Of a DNA stretch of 64,000 nt, positions 59,405 to 64,000 are shown piece by piece. Source of the DNA: Oscillospiraceae bacterium (GTDB lineage Bacteria > Bacillota > Clostridia > UMGS1810); NCBI GenBank assembly GCA_015069095.1, contig SVJH01000002.1, positions 7,650 through 71,649 of the forward strand. The letters are read 5' to 3'. Under the pieces are notes generated by a model, which saw only the letters and a program-made list of their open reading frames with translations, was not told where the DNA came from and made no database searches. A program made the position numbers and the translations under genes. Within the stretch, counting starts at the first letter, position 1; each line of letters opens with the position of its first letter.

Positions 59405-60535
59405 TTACATTCTTTGTGAAAAATCCTTAATTTTTTGTTCTTTAAACTGACTAAATGTGCCATTTTCGATATTTTCTCGTATTTCTTTCATTAAATTATT
59501 ATAGAAATAAAGGTTATGAAGCACGCAAAGTCTCATTGCAAGCATCTCTTTTGCTTTAAACAGATGACGGATGTACGCTCTTGAATAATTTTTGCAAGCA
59601 GGACAGTTGCAGTTTTCATCAATAGGGCGCATATCGCGTTCGTATTTTGCGTTCATTAAATTCATATAACCGTTATTTGTAAACAAATTTGCATGGCGGG
59701 CATTTCTTGATGCTATTACACAATCGAAAAAGTCAACTCCGCGCTCTACCGCCTCCAAAATATTTATTGGTGTGCCTACGCCCATTAAATATCTCGGTTT
59801 ATCTTCCGGCGCGTATGGAAGAACGTCATCAAGAACTCTGTACATTTCTTCGTGCGTTTCACCAACACTAAGTCCGCCTATTGCGTAACCGTCAAGGTCG
59901 AGGCGTGCAATTTTTTTCATATTGTCAATTCTTATATCAGAAAAAGTTGCACCCTGATTTATACCAAACAAAAGTTGGTTTTTGTTTATTGTGTCATTAA
60001 GCGAGTTTAGTCGTTTCATTTCGGCTTTGCATCGCTCCAGCCAGCGTATTGTAAGTTCGCTCGATTTTTTTGTGTAATCGTACTTAGCAGGAAGTCCTAT
60101 ACATTCGTCAAACGCCATTGCGATTGTTGATGCAAGGTTTGACTGGATTTGCATACTTTCTTCAGGGCCCATAAAAATTTTGTGTCCGTCTATATGCGAT
60201 GCAAAGTATACGCCTTCTTCTTTTATTTTACGAAGGCTCGAAAGCGAAAACACCTGAAAGCCACCGCTATCGGTAAGGATTGGTCTATCCCAGTTAATGA
60301 ATTTATGAAGACCGCCAAGTTCTTTTATTACTTTGTCGCCGGGACGAAGGTGCAGGTGGTATGTGTTTGAAAGTTCTACCTGACATTCAACTTCTTTAAG
60401 GTCTACTGTTGATACTGCGCCCTTTATTGCGCCAAGTGTACCAACATTCATAAACACAGGTGTTTCAATTGTACCGTGTACTGTTGTAAAAGTTCCTCGG
60501 CGTGCGTTTTTATCTTTAGTTAATATTTTAAACAT
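59405..60535 (-). CDS. tgt: Queuine tRNA-ribosyltransferase
   Basis: Canonical Tgt motifs (TDSGGFQ, zinc site CxCxxC). Confidence 0.97.
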   Translation of the reverse strand: MFKILTKDKNARRGTFTTVHGTIETPVFMNVGTLGAIKGAVSTVDLKEVECQVELSNTYHLHLRPGDKVIKELGGLHKFINWDRPILTDSGGFQVFSLSSLRKIKEEGVYFASHIDGHKIFMGPEESMQIQSNLASTIAMAFDECIGLPAKYDYTKKSSELTIRWLERCKAEMKRLNSLNDTINKNQLLFGINQGATFSDIRIDNMKKIARLDLDGYAIGGLSVGETHEEMYRVLDDVLPYAPEDKPRYLMGVGTPINILEAVERGVDFFDCVIASRNARHANLFTNNGYMNLMNAKYERDMRPIDENCNCPACKNYSRAYIRHLFKAKEMLAMRLCVLHNLYFYNNLMKEIRENIENGTFSQFKEQKIKDFSQRM

Positions 60536-60563
60536 AATTTTCTTCCTTATATATATAATAACC

Positions 60564-60650
60564 CTTCTTTTTACAAAAGAAGCAAAATCATTCCTTTTTT
60601 GAAAAAAAAGAACACAAAAAACTTACATCAAAGCAAAACATACGTTTTGC
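60564..60650 (+). repeat. Three-hairpin intergenic repeat module (family A), copy 3
   Basis: About 90 nt homologous to 35199-35284 and to the reverse complement of 36274-36359. Flanked by the 16-bp direct repeat TTTTCTTCCTTATATA (60538-60553 and 60664-60679). Confidence 0.75.
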
Positions 60651-60780
60651 TTAGTAAAAAATTTTTTCTTCCTTATATAATATATATGCAAAAACTTTTG
60701 TTTTGCCTACTCACAGTTTTTCGCATCAGACGAAAACCACCATAACTTTTCAATCTTCACTTATTTATTCGATGATAAAA

Positions 60781-61806
60781 TCATTGAATAAACATTGCGT
60801 CGCCGAAACTGAAAAATCTGTATTCTTTTTCTACCGCTTCTTTATATGCTTTGTCGATATTCTCCTTTGTTGCAAGTGCACTTACGAGCATAAGGAGTGT
60901 TGATTCAGGTAAATGGAAATTTGTTATTAGTTTATCCACTATTTTAAATTTATAAGGTGGATAAATAAAAATGTCCGTTTCGCCGCTTGCTTCTTTTAAA
61001 ATTCCGTTTTCGTCGGCTACCGTTTCAAGCACTCTTGTAGATGTTGTTCCGACAGAAATTATTTTTCCGCCGTTTTTCTTTGCGTTATTTATTTTATCAG
61101 CCGTTTCTTTTGATATTTCATAATATTCCGAATGCATTTTATGCTCCGTTACATCTTCAACTTTTACAGGACGGAATGTTCCAAGTCCCACATGAAGTGT
61201 TAAATATGCTATATGTACGCCTTTTTCCTCAATTTTTGCTAAAAGTTCTTTTGTAAAGTGAAGTCCTGCAGTTGGTGCTGCGGCGCTTCCTTTATTTTTT
61301 GAATAAACTGTCTGATATCTTTCTTTGTCCTCAAGTTTATGGGTTATGTACGGCGGAAGAGGCATCTGACCAAGTTCATCGAGGACATTTTCAAAAAGTC
61401 CTTCATAGTAAAACTTAACACGTCTGTTTCCGCCTTCTAAAGTATCTAAAATTTCAGCTTTTAGTTTTCCTTCGCCAAAATCAAATCTTGCACCTTTTTT
61501 TGCTTTTTTTCCGGGTTTTAGTATTACTTCCCATTCATCTTTTGCAAGTTGCTTTAAAAGAAGAAACTCAATTTTACCACCGCTTTCTTCTTTTTTGCCG
61601 TAAAGACGTGCCGGAATTACTCTTGTATCGTTAAGAACAAGGCAATCGCCTTCATTTAAGTAGTTTATTATGTCATAAAAGTTTTTATGCTCTGTTTTTC
61701 CGCTTTTTTTATCAAGCACTAAAAGACGTGATGAAGTTCTGTCTAAAAGCGGGTCCTGTGCTATAAGTCGCTCAGGTAAATCGTAGTAAAAATCACTTGT
61801 TTTCAT
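60781..61806 (-). CDS. queA: S-adenosylmethionine:tRNA ribosyltransferase-isomerase
   Basis: Canonical QueA sequence (DFDY-like N-terminus, PTAGLHFT). Confidence 0.95.
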   Translation of the reverse strand: MKTSDFYYDLPERLIAQDPLLDRTSSRLLVLDKKSGKTEHKNFYDIINYLNEGDCLVLNDTRVIPARLYGKKEESGGKIEFLLLKQLAKDEWEVILKPGKKAKKGARFDFGEGKLKAEILDTLEGGNRRVKFYYEGLFENVLDELGQMPLPPYITHKLEDKERYQTVYSKNKGSAAAPTAGLHFTKELLAKIEEKGVHIAYLTLHVGLGTFRPVKVEDVTEHKMHSEYYEISKETADKINNAKKNGGKIISVGTTSTRVLETVADENGILKEASGETDIFIYPPYKFKIVDKLITNFHLPESTLLMLVSALATKENIDKAYKEAVEKEYRFFSFGDAMFIQ

Positions 61807-61818
61807 TAAATACTCCTA

Positions 61819-63087
61819 TTACTCTACTGTTGTTCCCGGAAAATAGTGTGTTAAAATTTCTTCTGCACTAAATCCTGATTCTGCCATTTTCTTTGCTCCG
61901 AACTGGCTCATACCTATTCTGTGTCCCCAGCCGTGCCCCGAGAATGTAAATGTATCTGATTCCACAAAATCAGAAAGCGTTTCTTTTTCTTCGTCTATAC
62001 TTTCTAAAAGATTTAAAGCATTACCTTTTATAAATCCGTTAAAGCTATTGGCAGTTTCCTTTATTGAAACTTCGTTTGTATTGCTTTCTAAAATTGTATA
62101 ATACTGACTTTTAAGTCCTAAAAATGTTCTTGTTCTTTCATTTTTTAATGTATATTCGCCTTTTGTTCCTTTTATAATTACTTCGTAAACCGTACCATTA
62201 TCCACTTTGTCAATTTTAATTCCTGTAACGCTTCCGATATCTACACCTGCGTTTTTAAGTTTTTTCTCAATATCGCTTTTAGAAAGTGTAACAGTCCAAT
62301 TACTTGACGATTCTTTTTCGTCTTCGTATGTATCGTCAACACTTACAAGATACGGGAAATTGCTTCCCCAAACGTATTTTACGTTTGCCGTTTTTCCGCC
62401 CGACGAGGAATAAAAGAAAGTCTGGGCGATTTTGCCGTCATATTTTACTATCTGACCTCTTGTTTCTTCTACTGCTTCAATTGTACTTGCAGTTTCGTTT
62501 GAAATTCCCGGATAAACCTGACTAAGTTGTGTTGCGCAAAGGTTAAATCCTTTTGATGCGTACTTTTTCCAGTTGTTTATTGCATATGTTCTTGCACAAA
62601 TTGCCTGTGCTTTAAGTGCCTCTTTATGCCAGGAAGGACTCATTTCTTTTCCTATTACAGAATAAAGATATTCTTCAATGTTAACTTCGTTTATTACAGA
62701 AAAAGAACTTCCCGTCTGTTTTAAAATTATAAAACCTCTGTATGCACTGCCATTAACTTTAACAATATTGTCAAACGAATAAAACTCAAGCGGATACCCT
62801 AATGTGTTCTGATAAACACCGCTTACATTTAAAAATCCGTCATCATCAATAAGAACATAAAGTTCCGTTTGTTCAAGTTGAGCAATTTCAACAAATTCCA
62901 AATTTTCCGTTGTATAGCCTACAATAAATCCTGAATCACTGTTTAAAGTAACACTTTTTTTAGCAGTCGAGTCAAAAAACAAACCTATTTTTATATTTTC
63001 GTACTCTGTACCTGTAAAATCTGTTGCATAGGCTGAAACTGAAAACAATATTATTAAAACTGAAATAAGGATTAAAATCTTTTTCAC
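61819..63087 (-). CDS. spoIID: Stage II sporulation protein D (SpoIID/LytB domain)
   Basis: Motifs EEYLY.V...EM, ALKAQAI.ARTYA, SSSGG.T and GHG.G.SQ.GA. GTG at 63087 after AAGGAAGG, chosen within ORF ..63114. Confidence 0.85.
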   Translation of the reverse strand: MKKILILISVLIILFSVSAYATDFTGTEYENIKIGLFFDSTAKKSVTLNSDSGFIVGYTTENLEFVEIAQLEQTELYVLIDDDGFLNVSGVYQNTLGYPLEFYSFDNIVKVNGSAYRGFIILKQTGSSFSVINEVNIEEYLYSVIGKEMSPSWHKEALKAQAICARTYAINNWKKYASKGFNLCATQLSQVYPGISNETASTIEAVEETRGQIVKYDGKIAQTFFYSSSGGKTANVKYVWGSNFPYLVSVDDTYEDEKESSSNWTVTLSKSDIEKKLKNAGVDIGSVTGIKIDKVDNGTVYEVIIKGTKGEYTLKNERTRTFLGLKSQYYTILESNTNEVSIKETANSFNGFIKGNALNLLESIDEEKETLSDFVESDTFTFSGHGWGHRIGMSQFGAKKMAESGFSAEEILTHYFPGTTVE

Positions 63088-63231
63088 TTTTTCTTCCTTC
63101 CTTCTGCTTCTCAATTTTTACATATTTCGCACAATTATACAATAAGAATAAAATATCAAATAAAAGTTGTCAAGTTTTTTTGAATATTTGTAATAAAATA
63201 TTGACTTTTTAATAATATAATGGTATTATTT

Positions 63232-63470
63232 AAAAAAGATAGAGGCGCAATTGTTAATAAGTAGTTTTTAACAAGGTTTGGCAAAGCCGTTTTAAGTTAA
63301 ATACAAAAGGTAACATTGCCGAAGAACATTTTTTATGCCGGAAAATGTATCTGGGCATACGCAAAATATGCGTATGACTGTCACTTTTATAGTGTTGTGC
63401 TAAAAGTGTTGTGCTATCGCCATATATATTGTATATACAGGCGGAGGCATAAAGCATCCGTCTTTTAATT
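63232..63470 (+). promoter_or_regulatory. Lysine riboswitch (L-box) with terminator
   Basis: Conserved elements AGAGGCGC, TTGCCGAAG, CTGGG, CTGTCAC and GTGCTATC in the expected order. Terminator hairpin at about 63440-63463 plus a T-run. Upstream of asd. Confidence 0.8.
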
Positions 63471-63494
63471 ATTTTAGAAGGAAGTGTATTTAAA

Positions 63495-64000
63495 ATGAAA
63501 AAATACAATGTAGCCGTTGTTGGCGCAACAGGTATGGTTGGAAGAACTTTTTTAAAAGTACTTGAAGAACTTAATCTTCCTGTTGAAAATTATTACTTAA
63601 TGGCATCTAAAAGAAGTGCCGGAAGCAAAATTAACTTTATGGGCAAAGAATATGTTATAGAAGAACTTACAGAAAATTCTTTTGATAAAGATATCGATAT
63701 TGCTCTATTTAGTGCAGGTGGCTCTACAAGTGAAAAATTTGCTCCTATTGCAGCTTCAAAAGGCGTTGTTGTTATTGACAACTCAAGCGCATGGAGAATG
63801 GACCCTACTGTTCCGCTTGTTGTTCCTGAAGTTAACCCTGAAGACATTAAATGGAACAAAGGTATTATTGCAAACCCTAACTGTTCTACAATTCAGGCTA
63901 TGGTTGCACTTAAACCACTACACGATAAATACAAAATAAAAAGAGTTGTTTACTCTACATATCAGGCCGTTTCAGGCGCTGGTGTTGCAGGTTGGGAAGA
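63495..64000 (+). CDS. asd: Aspartate-semialdehyde dehydrogenase (5' part, runs off the window)
   Basis: ATG at 63495 after GAAGGAAG. Hand translation MKKYNVAVVGATGMVGRTF...IANPNCSTI (active-site Cys). Confidence 0.9.
   Translation, partial: MKKYNVAVVGATGMVGRTFLKVLEELNLPVENYYLMASKRSAGSKINFMGKEYVIEELTENSFDKDIDIALFSAGGSTSEKFAPIAASKGVVVIDNSSAWRMDPTVPLVVPEVNPEDIKWNKGIIANPNCSTIQAMVALKPLHDKYKIKRVVYSTYQAVSGAGVAGWE

Noticed and set aside
63254-63508. Minus-strand ORF 63254..63508 (84 aa)
   Set aside because: It lies entirely antisense to the lysine riboswitch and asd start region and has no RBS.

Overview
Low-GC sporulating Firmicute (Clostridia-like) chromosome. Most of the window is core housekeeping: recA-recX, ruvAB, guaB, ileS, sepF/ylmH/yggS, hfq-miaA-mutL-mutS, miaB, mtaB, tgt-queA, ecfA1A2T-truA, trkAH, htrA, spoIIID, spoIID and asd. 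An FMN riboswitch precedes ribU, a lysine riboswitch precedes asd, and there is one tRNA-Thr. The one clear accessory region is a 9.1-kb integrative island (about 4446-13624) inserted in the 3' end of a GGGtGRT-family gene and bounded by 98-bp imperfect direct repeats. It carries a tyrosine integrase, three uncharacterised genes (two are tandem paralogs), a Type III restriction-modification pair (mod/res) and a downstream WYL-domain regulator. Outside the island, the most unusual signal is a structured 5' leader of about 180-205 nt with its own promoter and intrinsic terminator. It occurs three times (18.1 kb, 35.7 kb, 51.9 kb) upstream of tiny ORFs, and the copies show compensatory base changes in a long closing helix, so it looks riboswitch-like; I could not assign it to a known class by eye. 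Two families of modular palindromic intergenic repeats populate several intergenic regions, generate spurious ORFs, and in one place are flanked by a 16-bp duplication. All coordinates come from hand counting against the ORF track. No database search or folding computation was possible.
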